A stretch of DNA of 64,000 nt from an uncultured Armatimonadia bacterium (GTDB lineage Bacteria; Armatimonadota; Zipacnadia; CAVVLO01), in contig CAVVLO010000002.1 in assembly GCA_963749155.1 (NCBI GenBank), positions 1,536,001-1,600,000 of the forward strand, given 5' to 3'. Positions 29,550 through 39,930 of the stretch are shown here, one piece after another. The notes below the pieces were generated by a model that ran no database searches, was not told the origin of the DNA, and worked only from the letters and a program-made list of their open reading frames with translations. Every line of letters begins with the position of its first letter. The first letter of the stretch is position 1. The position numbers and the translations under genes were made by a program.

Positions 29550-29586
29550 AAAAAGCCCGGCGCAAAGGCGCTGGGCTTTTTCTTTT
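29550..29586 (+). terminator. Intrinsic terminator
   Basis: AAAAGCCCGGCGC-AAAG-GCGCTGGGCTTTT followed by TCTTTT. Confidence 0.75.
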
Positions 29587-29642
29587 GCAGGGATGAGGCG
29601 CAAGCTTGCGAACTAGCCGCCAGAACTAAAGGAGGGAGCTCA

Positions 29643-30948
29643 ATGAAAGCTTTGGCTCTAATAATAAGTCTGGCCGTGGCGTTAATGGCACTGCCTGCGC
29701 TCGCGGCAGAAGGGGGAGTCCCTGTGCAGGAAGGTATGTTCCCAGTTACCAATTATGGCGCGGTGGGAGATGGGGTGTTCGACTGCACCGAAGCTTTTCA
29801 GGACGCCGTCAATGCCGCCTCGGTTCAACGGGGGTATTGTCTGGGTGCCTGGCGGGCACTGGTTAATCAGCGGTTCTATTATGGTGAAGCCAGGCGTTGC
29901 CATCTGCGGGGTGAACCAGGCGCCTATGGCGATTGACGCGCTGGTCGGCTCGGTCATCTTCGCAACCGGCGGCCGTGACCTGGAAGAGGGGCCGGCCCTT
30001 TTCGAGATGGGTCATAGCTCAACGGTCAAGGGAATCAGCGTCTTCTATCCGGCGCAGAGCCCGACCGATATCCACCCCTACCCCTGGACCTTCCATATGC
30101 AAGGCTTCGATAACACGGTCGAATATGTGACTCTGTATAACAGCTATCAGGGTATCAAGGTCGGCCCTGAGCCCAATGTGCGGCATCGCATCTTCCATGT
30201 ATACGGTTGCGTGCTGAAGACGGGCATCTTCGTGGACGCCGTGACCGACATCGGGCGCATCGACAACGTGCAGTTCCACTGCCACTGGTGGTCTTCACCC
30301 CAGATTGGCGGTAATTGGGAGCCGGTCTTCAAGTATATGACCGACAACTGCGAGGCCTTCGTATTCGGCCGCACCGACTGGCAGTATGTAACCAACACCT
30401 TCGTCTTCCCAGCCAAGGTCGGCTACAAATTCGTCCAGACCGAGAAGGGCGTGTGCAATGGCAACTTCACCGGCATCGGCGCCGATGCGACTCAGCGAGG
30501 TATCCTGGTCGAGAACTGCGCCCCCTTCGGCGTGCTGGTGACGAATGGAGAGTTCGTGGCTTTCGGCGGGGATGATCCAGTGGCCATCGAGGTTGAGGAG
30601 ACCAATGGAGGCAATCTCACCCTGACCAACTGCGCGGTGTGGGGGCCTGCCAGGCAAGTCGCAAGACTCGCTGGGGGACGCACCTCGATGAACAACTGCA
30701 ACTTTATGCACTGGTCGGCAGGCGAGGAACTTCTGCCGGCAATAGACGTGAGTGGCGGCAACTTCACAATGTCAGGTTGCCAGCTCTTCGCGGCTGGCAA
30801 GCCCGATGCCCCTTATGTAAGGCTGAACAAGGGCACCCGCGCGGCAGTTATCTTCGGCAACACGACCGACAGGCCGCTGGATGTAATCAACGAGAGCGGC
30901 ATCGAGGCGCAGATCGGCCTCAACGCCACCGAAGTCAAACCGCAGTAA
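29643..30948 (+). CDS. Secreted right-handed beta-helix protein, paralog 3 (apparent +1 frameshift near 29826)
   Basis: Signal peptide and YGAVGDGVFDCTEAFQDA in ORF 29643. GGIVWVPGG...FGRTDWQY...GLNA in ORF 29755. Colinear with paralogs 1 and 2. Confidence 0.78.
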
Positions 30949-30961
30949 CAGCCACTCGGGC

Positions 30962-30999
30962 AAAAAAAGAGCCTGGCGGCCTTGCGCCGTCAGGCTCTT
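30962..30999. terminator. Terminator between convergent beta-helix gene and folD
   Basis: AAGAGCCTGGCGGC-CTTGC-GCCGTCAGGCTCTT with an A7 tract on the left (U tract for the minus strand). Confidence 0.7.
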
Positions 31000-31022
31000 G
31001 TGCTAACCGGGGAAAGACTGCG

Positions 31023-31883
31023 CTAGACGAAATCGTTGTGCAATTTGTAGGCATCCAGTGTATTGGAGAGCAACTCGGCGCGGGTCATAGGGCCAACTCC
31101 GCCGGGCACGGGGGTAATCAGCCCTGCGATATCTACTACGCTTGCGAAATCCACATCGCCTGCCAGCCCGGCTTCGGTGCGGCTGATACCGACATCTATA
31201 ACCGTCGCTCCGCGTTTTACATAATCGGCGTCAACCATCCCCGCCCGGCCGATTGCGACGATGAGGACGTCCGCCTGCCGGCAGACACCTGGCAGGTCCA
31301 CCGTGCGAGAATGACACATCGTGACCGTCGCGTGGCGCGCAAGCAGCAACTGGGCGATTGGCTTGCCGACGATTGTGCTGCGGCCGACAACGACAGCGTT
31401 TGCACCCTTAAGAGGCACCTGATACTCATCCAGCAACCGCATAACGCCTTTCGGGGTGCAGGGGGCGAATTTGGGGGCGGCGCTAATCAGCAACTCGCCC
31501 ATATTCATCGGATGGAAACCATCTACGTCTTTATTTGGATCGAGTTCCTGGATGACCTTGGCGGTGTTGATTTGCTCGGGCAGGGGTAGCTGCACGAGAA
31601 TGCCGTCCACCTTCGGGTCGAAGTTGAGCTCGCTGATCAGAGCCAGCAGCTCGGATTCGCTGGTATCCACAGCCAGCTTGTGGGTGTGAGAATCGAAGCC
31701 AACCTCGATGGCGTCCTTCTCCTTATTGCGCACATAAACCTGGCTTGCGGGATCTTCGCCAACCAGGATTACGTGCAAACCTGGCGGGCGTCCGATGCGC
31801 TGGGCAAGCTGACCGGTCTCATCTGCTATCTCAACCCTGAGCCTGGCGGCCGAGGCCTTGCCATCAATTAGCGTCGCTGGCAT
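31023..31883 (-). CDS. folD: Bifunctional methylenetetrahydrofolate dehydrogenase/cyclohydrolase
   Basis: YVRNK, GILVQLPLP, KDVDGFHP, PCTP and TPVPGGVGPMT motifs. Confidence 0.96.
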   Translation of the reverse strand: MPATLIDGKASAARLRVEIADETGQLAQRIGRPPGLHVILVGEDPASQVYVRNKEKDAIEVGFDSHTHKLAVDTSESELLALISELNFDPKVDGILVQLPLPEQINTAKVIQELDPNKDVDGFHPMNMGELLISAAPKFAPCTPKGVMRLLDEYQVPLKGANAVVVGRSTIVGKPIAQLLLARHATVTMCHSRTVDLPGVCRQADVLIVAIGRAGMVDADYVKRGATVIDVGISRTEAGLAGDVDFASVVDIAGLITPVPGGVGPMTRAELLSNTLDAYKLHNDFV

Positions 31884-32316
31884 TGCTCTTTCCCTCCACT
31901 TGAAGCTTGCCGGAAGCTATCTCATCTTTGAGATTCCCCAGCAAACCATTTACGAAACTGGCCGACTTTTCATCTCCGTATTCGCGCGCAAGACCAACCG
32001 CCTCGCTGACGCTTACCACCAGCGGAATCTCGGGCTTGAACAGCATCTCGAAAACCGCCAGGCGCAGCACATTCTTGTCCGTGTTGGCTAGCCGGTCGAA
32101 ATCCCAGTTTACTAGTAACCGCCGAAGCACAGCATCGCATTCGCTGACTCGGGAGGCAAGTTCGACGATAAAATGCCTGGCCTGATTCTGCTCGCCAGCG
32201 TCAGGCTGGGCGCCATCTTTTTCGGCAGGAAGCAGTTCTTCCAGGGGCTGCCCTCCGACATCCCATTGGAAGAGCAACTCGAAAGCAAGCCGCCTGGTTG
32301 AGCGACGACTGGACAA
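31864..32316 (-). CDS. nusB: Transcription antitermination factor NusB
   Basis: RRSTRRLAFELLFQ, WDFDRL, DKNVLRLAVFE and FVNGLL motifs. Confidence 0.93.
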   Translation of the reverse strand: MSSRRSTRRLAFELLFQWDVGGQPLEELLPAEKDGAQPDAGEQNQARHFIVELASRVSECDAVLRRLLVNWDFDRLANTDKNVLRLAVFEMLFKPEIPLVVSVSEAVGLAREYGDEKSASFVNGLLGNLKDEIASGKLQVEGKSNASDAN

Positions 32317-32338
32317 AGGGGATCACCTCTAAAGCAGT

Positions 32339-32662
32339 CTAAAGAATCCTCGATAGCACGTAGGCCACAAGCACGAATAAGAAAATGACAATAAGCTTGA
32401 AGCCGAGGTAGATCCACAAGGGCGCCAGGGCCATTGCCGCCGCCGCGCCGATGGCTTGCCAGGCCAGTGGGATTGGCTCGTCCAGCCGTTCGATGGGAGC
32501 GAACAGTATAAAGTAGAGCGATGCCAGACCCGCGCCAACAGCCGCAAGGACGATCAACCACAGGCCCAGCGCCAGGCTGCAGGAAGTAACTATCCCCAGC
32601 CCGAGTCCAGCCAGTACAAAGACAAGAGTCTTGGTGGAATCCTGAGATGCCACTCTCTCCAT
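32339..32662 (-). CDS. Small multi-pass membrane protein
   Basis: About four hydrophobic segments. Occupies the accC-nusB gap. The track ORF extension upstream overlaps accC and is not used. Confidence 0.6.
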   Translation of the reverse strand: MERVASQDSTKTLVFVLAGLGLGIVTSCSLALGLWLIVLAAVGAGLASLYFILFAPIERLDEPIPLAWQAIGAAAAMALAPLWIYLGFKLIVIFLFVLVAYVLSRIL

Positions 32663-32682
32663 TCCGCTCACCCTCGTAGCTA

Positions 32683-34034
32683 CTACTTGCCCAGCAAATT
32701 GTCTCCGAGGAAACTTGTGGTCGCCTGGCCCTGCACGAAAACAGGATGGGCGATTATCTGCTTTTGGAAGGGCAGACTTGTCTTGATTCCTTCCACTACA
32801 CTTCATCGAGGCAGCGCGCCATCCTCGCAAGTGCTTCACGTCGGTCGCCGCCCCAGACAATAAGCTTGGCGAACATTGGATCATAATAGGGGGACACCTG
32901 CACACCAGGCCCCAGGGCATAGGTATCCACGCGGACGCCCATCCCACCAGGCCAGCGCAAACCTGTGATGGTGCCAGGCGACGGCTTGAAGCCTTCGTTT
33001 GGGTCCTCAGCCGAAAGCCGGCACTCGATAGCGTGACCCATCAGTTTGACCTCTGCCTGGGTAAAGCCCAGCTTTTCGCCTGCCGCGATGCGAAGTTGCA
33101 GCTTCAGCAAGTCCAGCCCGGTCACTGCTTCGGTCACCGGATGCTCGACCTGCAGGCGGGTGTTCATTTCCATAAAGTAGAAGCGCTCTTTTTCGTCCAC
33201 CAGAAACTCGATTGTGCCCGCGTTGGCGTAGCCAATCGCTTTGGCGGACTTCACCGCGGCAGCGCCGAGTTTTTTGCGAGTCTCGGGTGAGATGCCTGGC
33301 GAGGGAGATTCTTCTACCATCTTCTGATGGCGCGGGGTCTGCACCGAGCAGTCGCGCTCGCCCAGGTGAACGACCTCTCCATGCTCATCACCGAGGATCT
33401 GCACTTCGACATGGCGAGGATTGACGATAACTTTTTCCATATACAGCCCGTCATTACTGAAGGCCGCTTTGGCTTCTGCCCTGGCCAGGTCAAGCACAGC
33501 CTGCAATTCTGAGGCCGCGTTAACGATGCGGATGCCTCTGCCGCCTCCACCCGCTACCGCTTTCACCATCACAGGATAACCCAGCTCGGAGGCCAGTTTT
33601 TCGGCCTCGCGGGTATTGCGGATAAGCCCCTCAGAGCCCGGTATCAGTGGCGCGCCGGCCTTGCCTGCTGAAAGACGCGCTTCGGCCTTGTCGCCCATCC
33701 GCTCGATGACCTCGGGGCTCGGGCCGATGAACTTGAGCCCTGTCGCGCGGCACTGGTCGGCGAAACTGGCGTTCTCCGACAGGAAACCATAACCGGGATG
33801 GATTGCTTCGGCGCCGGTTATGTGAGCGGCGCTGAGCACATTAGCTACATTGAGATAGCTCTGCGGAGCCGGCCCCGGGCCTACACATACGGCTTCTTCC
33901 GCAAGTTGCACATGCAGGGCATCACGGTCGGCCTCCGAGTAGATGGCCACCGTAGCTACGCCCAGCTCGTGGGCCGCGCGGATGACGCGGACTGCTATCT
34001 CGCCCCTGTTGGCTATCAGGATCTTCTCGAACAT
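32683..34034 (-). CDS. accC: Acetyl-CoA carboxylase biotin carboxylase subunit (apparent 1-nt deletion near 32798)
   Basis: KILIANRGEIA, HPGYGFLSEN, GGGGRG and FMEMNTRLQVEHPVTE motifs. The C-terminus VVEGIKTSLPFQKQII...TTSFL continues in another frame to a TAG at 32683. Confidence 0.93.
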
Positions 34035-34044
34035 CCGGACTTCC

Positions 34045-34404
34045 TTAAAAGGTAGGATGGGTGGGACATTGCACGGTGCCCGTGCTCGGATCATAAAGAT
34101 AAGGTTGGTGAGACTCGGGGCAGGCCATCTGTTTTTCTCCGAGCTGCAACTGACCGAGGTCAGTTGGTGGAGTATCGCTGTCCACCATAAAAATCTGGAT
34201 GGCAGAGCGCACCTGCTGGAGATTGGCGCGACAAGCCGCCGCCTGGCCTGAACTGACAGCCTGGTTCATCACATTGGTCTTCTCGCCGGCTGGCCCGCCC
34301 TTGTTCAGCCCGCCAAAATAGACATAGCCGACGAAAGCTCCCATTATGATGAGGGCCACTACGAAACTGACCATACCGAATCCGGCGCGTGGATTATTCA
34401 TCAC
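34045..34404 (-). CDS. Small type IV pilin/pseudopilin-like protein
   Basis: PRAG|FGMVSFVVALIIMG class III signal-like N-terminus, ACRANLQQVRSAI helix, CP...YLYDPSTGTVQCPTH. Confidence 0.6.
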   Translation of the reverse strand: MMNNPRAGFGMVSFVVALIIMGAFVGYVYFGGLNKGGPAGEKTNVMNQAVSSGQAAACRANLQQVRSAIQIFMVDSDTPPTDLGQLQLGEKQMACPESHQPYLYDPSTGTVQCPTHPTF

Positions 34405-34841
34405 TGCCCCTCCCCAGAGGCAACCTCTACCCTCAAGACGGGCTCTCCAAATTCGACTGGCTGGCCATCGGTCACGAGCACCTCGACCAGTTTACCTTCG
34501 ACATCTGACAGCAGGGGATTGACGATACCGATGGAGACGATGCAACCCACCTGGCTCTTGCGGGCGATATTTTCTCCAAGCAGTATGACAGGCTCTTCTC
34601 CAGGCGAGGCGCCGTGGTAGAAAACACCCACCCGGTCAGAGCGGACTACAACTCGCGCCGGCTCAGGCTGCTCGCCAGCTTCGGTGTCCTGCGGCTCCGG
34701 CTCAGGCTGTGGGGTTGCAAAGACGCCTCGTGCGCGTTTGGCCTTTATGATGAGCCCGCCTGTCTCCAGCTTCAGTTTTTTTGCTGAAGAAGCGGCAAAC
34801 ACTTGCAGCACGCCTTCGAGCTTCTCGAAATCCAGCTCCAC
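34401..34841 (-). CDS. Biotin carboxyl carrier protein-like protein lacking the biotinylated lysine
   Basis: BCCP N-terminus, Pro/Glu linker, VGVFY..ASP and DGQPVEFGEP motifs, located between efp and accC. The EAMK position reads VSIG. Confidence 0.8.
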   Translation of the reverse strand: MELDFEKLEGVLQVFAASSAKKLKLETGGLIIKAKRARGVFATPQPEPEPQDTEAGEQPEPARVVVRSDRVGVFYHGASPGEEPVILLGENIARKSQVGCIVSIGIVNPLLSDVEGKLVEVLVTDGQPVEFGEPVLRVEVASGEGQ

Positions 34842-34853
34842 GTAGCGCCTCCG

Positions 34854-35414
34854 CTAGTTCGCGCGTTCGATGTAGTTGCCGTTGCGCGTATCTACCTTGA
34901 TTTTGTCGCCCTCGTTCACGAAGAGCGGCACCTGAACCACCGCGCCAGTCGAGAGCTTGGCCTGCTTGCTGGCCCCGGTAACGGTATCGCCCTTGACACC
35001 AGGCTCGGCCTCGACTACCTCGGCGATAATGGCAGCCGGTAGCTCTACCCCGAGCAGCGTGCCATCGTGCACAATGGTCAGGACTTCCAGGTTGTCGACC
35101 AGCCAGCGCGCATCATCGCCCAGCGCCGCAGCGGGGATACTCATCTGGTCATAACTTTCGTTGTCCATAAAGACATACTCATCGCCCGCGCCATATTGGA
35201 ACTGCACCATCCGCTTGTCGAGGATGGCCTGCTCCATTTTTTCGCCAGCGCGGAAGGTCTTCTCCAGCACCTTGCCCGAGCGCACCTGCTTGAGCTTGGT
35301 GCGAACGAAGGCGCCGCCTTTGCCGGGCTTCACATGCTGAAACTCGACCAGCGTGTAAATCTCATTGTCCAGGATGATGCTTATGCCGTTCTTGAAATCC
35401 GAAGTCGAAATCAA
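34854..35414 (-). CDS. efp: Elongation factor P
   Basis: HVKPGKGGAFVR, PGVKGDT and VPLFVNEGD motifs. Confidence 0.97.
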   Translation of the reverse strand: MISTSDFKNGISIILDNEIYTLVEFQHVKPGKGGAFVRTKLKQVRSGKVLEKTFRAGEKMEQAILDKRMVQFQYGAGDEYVFMDNESYDQMSIPAAALGDDARWLVDNLEVLTIVHDGTLLGVELPAAIIAEVVEAEPGVKGDTVTGASKQAKLSTGAVVQVPLFVNEGDKIKVDTRNGNYIERAN

Positions 35415-35476
35415 ACCTTGGTTCCTCCTGCCGACTAGCTTGCTTGTGTCAGTTTAACCGAGCCGCGCAAGGCGGG

Positions 35477-35965
35477 TCAATTGCGCTCTGTTTCATCAGG
35501 TGAGGTAGTACTTTCGTCCTCGACCTTGTTTCTTGCGATATTGCGCGTTCTGGGCAAGCGCTTTGCCAGCGCTGATAGCAATTCTTCATTGGCTTCAGAC
35601 TGCCCCCAGAGTATGCGCGCCGTGTGATCGGCAAAAAGCACAACATATTTGGGGTCGGCAAAGAAGCCGCTGTAATCTTCCCAGTGTCCAATCAAGCGCC
35701 CGTTCAGAGCGAGGCCTTCTTCTGTCAGTGTATATTTCTGCGGCAGCAACACCAGGAAAAGCACTGAGGCCATAAAAATCATACCGGCCTCTGGCTCCTT
35801 CTGCAGACCAATAATCAGCAGTCCAGCCACCAGCCCGGCCAGCAATCCCCAGAAACCTTGCCTGGCTCTGCCCCAAAAATCGAGTTCCAGCACAAGCTCA
35901 GGCTCGGAACGCTTTGCCCGCAAGCCACTGAAAAAAGGCCAGGCCAAACGCAGAACGCCTAGCAA
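35477..35965 (-). CDS. Hypothetical membrane protein (TM helices plus small PH-like C-terminal region)
   Basis: Hydrophobic segments then 'YTLTEEGL..NG..I.HWED'. Start uncertain. Confidence 0.55.
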   Translation of the reverse strand: MLGVLRLAWPFFSGLRAKRSEPELVLELDFWGRARQGFWGLLAGLVAGLLIIGLQKEPEAGMIFMASVLFLVLLPQKYTLTEEGLALNGRLIGHWEDYSGFFADPKYVVLFADHTARILWGQSEANEELLSALAKRLPRTRNIARNKVEDESTTSPDETERN

Positions 35966-36018
35966 GGCAAGTATTGTAGCTACAGGATCAACCCACGCTA
36001 GTTGTATCGTGAACCTAA

Positions 36019-38413
36019 TCAGCTCGCTGTGAGACCAAGGTCACGTTCAAAGGCGAGTTTGAAGACTTCTACCGCATGATCCACAAGCACCAGTTTGAGG
36101 CCGCGTCGGACTTCGGCTGGCAGGTCGGCCAGCTCATGCTCGTTAGCTTTCGGTAGTAGAACGGTGCGCACGCCTTCGCGCTGCGCTGCCAGCAGCTTGG
36201 TTTTCAATCCGCCTACAGGGAGTATTCTACCACGCAGCGTTATCTCGCCAGTCATCGCCAGGCGAGGCCGCACTGGCTCTTTTAGCAAGCGCCGATAGCA
36301 GCGCTGTCGCCAGAGTGATCCCGGCCGAAGGCCCGTCCTTGGGCACCGCGCCCGCGGGCACGTGGATGTGGATAGAGTGTTTTTCGAACAGCTCTGGCTC
36401 CAGTCCAAGTGGCTCAACAAGCGAGCGCACATAACTGGTCGCGGCTTCGGCGGACTCTTTCATTACCAGGCCCAGGCTTCCAGTCAGTTTGAGTTCGCCC
36501 TTGCCAGGGGCCAGGTTGACCTCGATAGGCAGCAGATCGCCGCCGACTTCAGTCCACGCAAGGCCCATAGCCACGCCGTTTTCTCCCTCGCGTAGCTGGC
36601 TTTCGCTGAGGAAAGGCGGCAGGCCGAGGAGCTGCTTCACCAGCTTGCCTGTCACCTGCTTGGGGGGCTTCTGGCCACTGGCGATCTGCTTGGCCAGCTT
36701 GCGACAGACCGAGCCTATCTGCCGGTTGAGGTTGCGCACGCCCGCCTCGCGAGTATATTCGCGCACAAGCACCTGCAAGGCTGTCTTTTCGAATTCGAGC
36801 GGACGCTTCTTCAGCCCGTTGGCCTCGAGTTGGCGCGGTATCAGATACTTGTAGGCAATTTGCAGCTTGTCGAGTTCGGTATAACCTTCGAACTCGATGA
36901 CTTCCATCCGGTCCAGCAAGGCCGGCGGCAGATTTTCAAGATCGTTGGCTGTCGCGATAAACATCACCCGGGACAGGTCGAAGGGCACTTCCAGGTAATG
37001 GTCGCGGAAGGAGTTATTCTGCTCTGGGTCGAGCACCTCGAGCAGGGCCGAGGCTGGGTCACCCCGAAAATCCGCGCCCAGCTTGTCTATCTCGTCTATC
37101 ATAAAAATTGGGTTGGCCGAATCCACATTGCGCAGGCCCTGGATTATCTTCCCAGGCAGAGCGCCAACATAGGTGCGCCTGTGGCCGCGGATTTCGGCTT
37201 CATCTCGCACGCCGCCGAGTGAGATGCGAATGAACTTGCGCCCCATCGTCCGGGCGATGGACCGACCCAGACTTGTCTTGCCGGTGCCCGGAGGCCCAAC
37301 GAAGCACAGGATTGGCCCGTGCAATTGCTTGTTGAGCTTGCGCACTGCCAGATATTCAAGAATGCGCTCTTTGGCTTTTGCCAGCCCATAATGGTCTTCT
37401 TCGAGGATCTGATTCGCCTTCTCGATACTCAGCCGGTCCCGCGTATACTTGCTCCACGGCATATTCGCGAGCCATTCGAGATAGGTAATAGCCACCGAAT
37501 ACTCAGGCGACATCGGGGCCAGTGTCTCCAGCCGGTTGGCTTCGCGCTCAGATTTCTCTCTGGCCTCTGCTGGCAGCTTCGCGCCTTCGAGTTTTTCGCG
37601 CAACTCGTCAAGCTCGCCCGACCAGCCGCGCCCCTCGCCCAGTTCTTCCTTTATGGCCGAAAGCTGCTCGCGGAGGAACATCTCGCGCTGGTGATCGTCT
37701 ATCTCCTGCCGCACTCGCTGGTTGACGCGCTGCATAGCTTCGCTGATCTGGCGTTCGCGTTCAAGCAGCGAGAGGGTCATAGCCAGCCTTCGAGGCACCT
37801 GCAAGGTCTCCAGTAAACGCTGCTTGGGTTCTTCCTCGACTGGCAGGTAGAAAGCGATAAGGTCGGCGGCATGCCCCGCGTCCTGGGCGTTCATAACCGA
37901 AACAAGCGACTCGGGCTGAAGGCCCGCGCCCGAGTTGGCCAAGGTAGCGAAAGCGTCCACCATCGCCCGATATTGGGCCTCGATTTCGAGTTCCAGTTCG
38001 GCCGGACGGGATTCGGTCTCGGTCTCAATCAGTTCGGCCAAAGCTTCGAGATGATCGTTTATCGCGACAACTTCGATCAGGCGGGCGCGTTCAAGCCCTT
38101 CCAGTACGACGCGCATCGTGCCATCGGGCAATTTCATCCCCTGCATAACTCGGGCAAGACAGCCCACCTGATAGAGGTCATTCGGGCCAACTTCCTCGAG
38201 CCCCCGGTCGCGCTGAGTCACGACAAGCAGCAGCCGGTCGCCCTCCAGCGCTTCGGAAAGGGCGGCAAGTGACGCGTCGCGTCCCACGATAATTGGCGCG
38301 GCGGCGCGCGGGAAAAGGACGATGTCGCGCAGAGGCAGCAGAGGCAGTCTTACCGGGCCGCCGCCATCTTCAGGCGATACTTTCATCGCGTCCTGTTTTT
38401 TTCTGGGAGACAT
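36019..38413 (-). CDS. lon: Endopeptidase La (apparent extra A near 36282)
   Basis: LPLLPLRD, DHYGL, GPPGTGKT, RGHRRTYVGA and PKDGPSAG motifs. AMTGEITLRG...GGLKTK (catalytic Lys) lies in ORF 36019-36432. Confidence 0.93.
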
Positions 38414-38600
38414 CTCCAAAACATCCTTTCGCTCGATGCCAGGTTGTTATCTGGCTTCCGAGGCACACAAACACCACCAGGTTTCGAGTGGGCAACCCTT
38501 GCGCGCAAAATGCAGGGAAGCCTGCTACTGACCAGGCTGTGACAATACCTTCTCCGTCCAGGGGCAGCGTCCTGCCTGCCCAGGGCCGGTCCGGCAACGC

Positions 38601-38627
38601 AAAGAGCGCGGCCACAGCCGCGCCCTT
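38601..38627 (-). terminator. Possible terminator hairpin after clpX
   Basis: AAGGGCGCGGC-TGTG-GCCGCGCTCTT-T on the minus strand; short U tract. Confidence 0.45.
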
Positions 38628-38652
38628 GAAAACTAGCCTCTACCCTTTTGCC

Positions 38653-39930
38653 TTAAGCGCTGAGTTCGCCCTTATGCCGAGCTAGCTCGTCTGCGGAGAG
38701 CAGCAGAGGAGAGGTGCTCTCGTTAATGGCTTCCGCAGTCCAGACCACACCGGCGATGTCATCGCGCGAGGGGATGTCGAACATTATATCCAGCATCCGC
38801 TCTTCTACTATGCTGCGCAGGGCGCGGGCGCCAACCTTGCGCCCCATTGCATGCTCGGCGATTGCGTCCAGTGCTTCAGGCTCGAAGATGAGCTCTACCC
38901 CATCTACCGCGAATATGCGCTGGTACTGCTTGACCAGCGAATTGCGCGGTTCTGTGAGGATGCGCTTGAGCGCTTCCTGGCTTAACCTGTGCAAAGGCGC
39001 GATTACGGGCATCCGGCCGACGAACTCGGGGATAAGCCCATACTTCAGCAAGTCCTCGGGGATAACATAATGCAGCACTTCTTCATCCTCGAGCACGGCT
39101 TCCTGCTCGGAGGACCTGAATCCGATGGTGCGCTGGTTGACGCGATGCTTGACGATGTCTTCCAGCCCCTCGAAAGCGCCTCCACACAGGAAGAGTATAT
39201 TGCGCGTATCGAGCTGGATGAATTCCTGCTGGGGATGTTTGCGCCCGCCTTGAGGTGGCACATTGGCGACGGTGCCCTCAAGAATCTTGAGCAGTGCCTG
39301 TTGCACGCCCTCGCCCGACACGTCGCGCGTGATAGAAGGGTTCTCCGACTTGCGCGCGATTTTGTCTATCTCATCTATATAGATAATGCCGTGCTCGGCC
39401 TGGCGCACATCTCCGTCAGCCGCTATCAGCAGCTTGAGAAGGATGTTCTCCACGTCCTCGCCGACATAGCCGGCTTCGGTCAGGCTGGTCGCGTCAGCGA
39501 TTGCGAAGGGCACTTCGAGCATCCGGGCCAGGGTCTGGGCCAGTAGCGTCTTGCCAACGCCCGTCGGTCCGAGGAGCAACACGTTGGTCTTGTCGACCTC
39601 GACGTCTTCTCCGCCAGGGGCGCCCGCCTGGAGCCGTTTGTAATGGTTGTAGACGGCGACCGAGAGGACCTTCTTGGCCTTTTCCTGTTGTATGACGTAG
39701 TCGGAAAGGAACTGGTAGATTTCCCTGGGCTTGGGTACGCTGGTGGAGACAGGCGCCGTAGCCTCCCGGCGCAGGTCTTCTTTCACCACGCGCGCGCAAA
39801 GCGCTACGCACTCATCACAGATGTATGCGTCGTTGCCCGCTATCATCTTCCGGACGAAATCCCGCTTCTTGTTGCAGAACGAACAGCGGATGCCTTCGCC
39901 GAAAGTATTTTCTCCGTCCTTGGTAGTCAT
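38653..39930 (-). CDS. clpX: ATP-dependent Clp protease ATP-binding subunit ClpX
   Basis: CSFC/CDEC zinc finger, [20 protein letters not shown] and IGF loop. Confidence 0.97.
   Translation of the reverse strand: MTTKDGENTFGEGIRCSFCNKKRDFVRKMIAGNDAYICDECVALCARVVKEDLRREATAPVSTSVPKPREIYQFLSDYVIQQEKAKKVLSVAVYNHYKRLQAGAPGGEDVEVDKTNVLLLGPTGVGKTLLAQTLARMLEVPFAIADATSLTEAGYVGEDVENILLKLLIAADGDVRQAEHGIIYIDEIDKIARKSENPSITRDVSGEGVQQALLKILEGTVANVPPQGGRKHPQQEFIQLDTRNILFLCGGAFEGLEDIVKHRVNQRTIGFRSSEQEAVLEDEEVLHYVIPEDLLKYGLIPEFVGRMPVIAPLHRLSQEALKRILTEPRNSLVKQYQRIFAVDGVELIFEPEALDAIAEHAMGRKVGARALRSIVEERMLDIMFDIPSRDDIAGVVWTAEAINESTSPLLLSADELARHKGELSA

Noticed and set aside
32683..38413. accC and lon as pseudogenes or programmed frameshifts
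   Set aside because: Single indels with all motifs intact, and part of a window-wide error pattern
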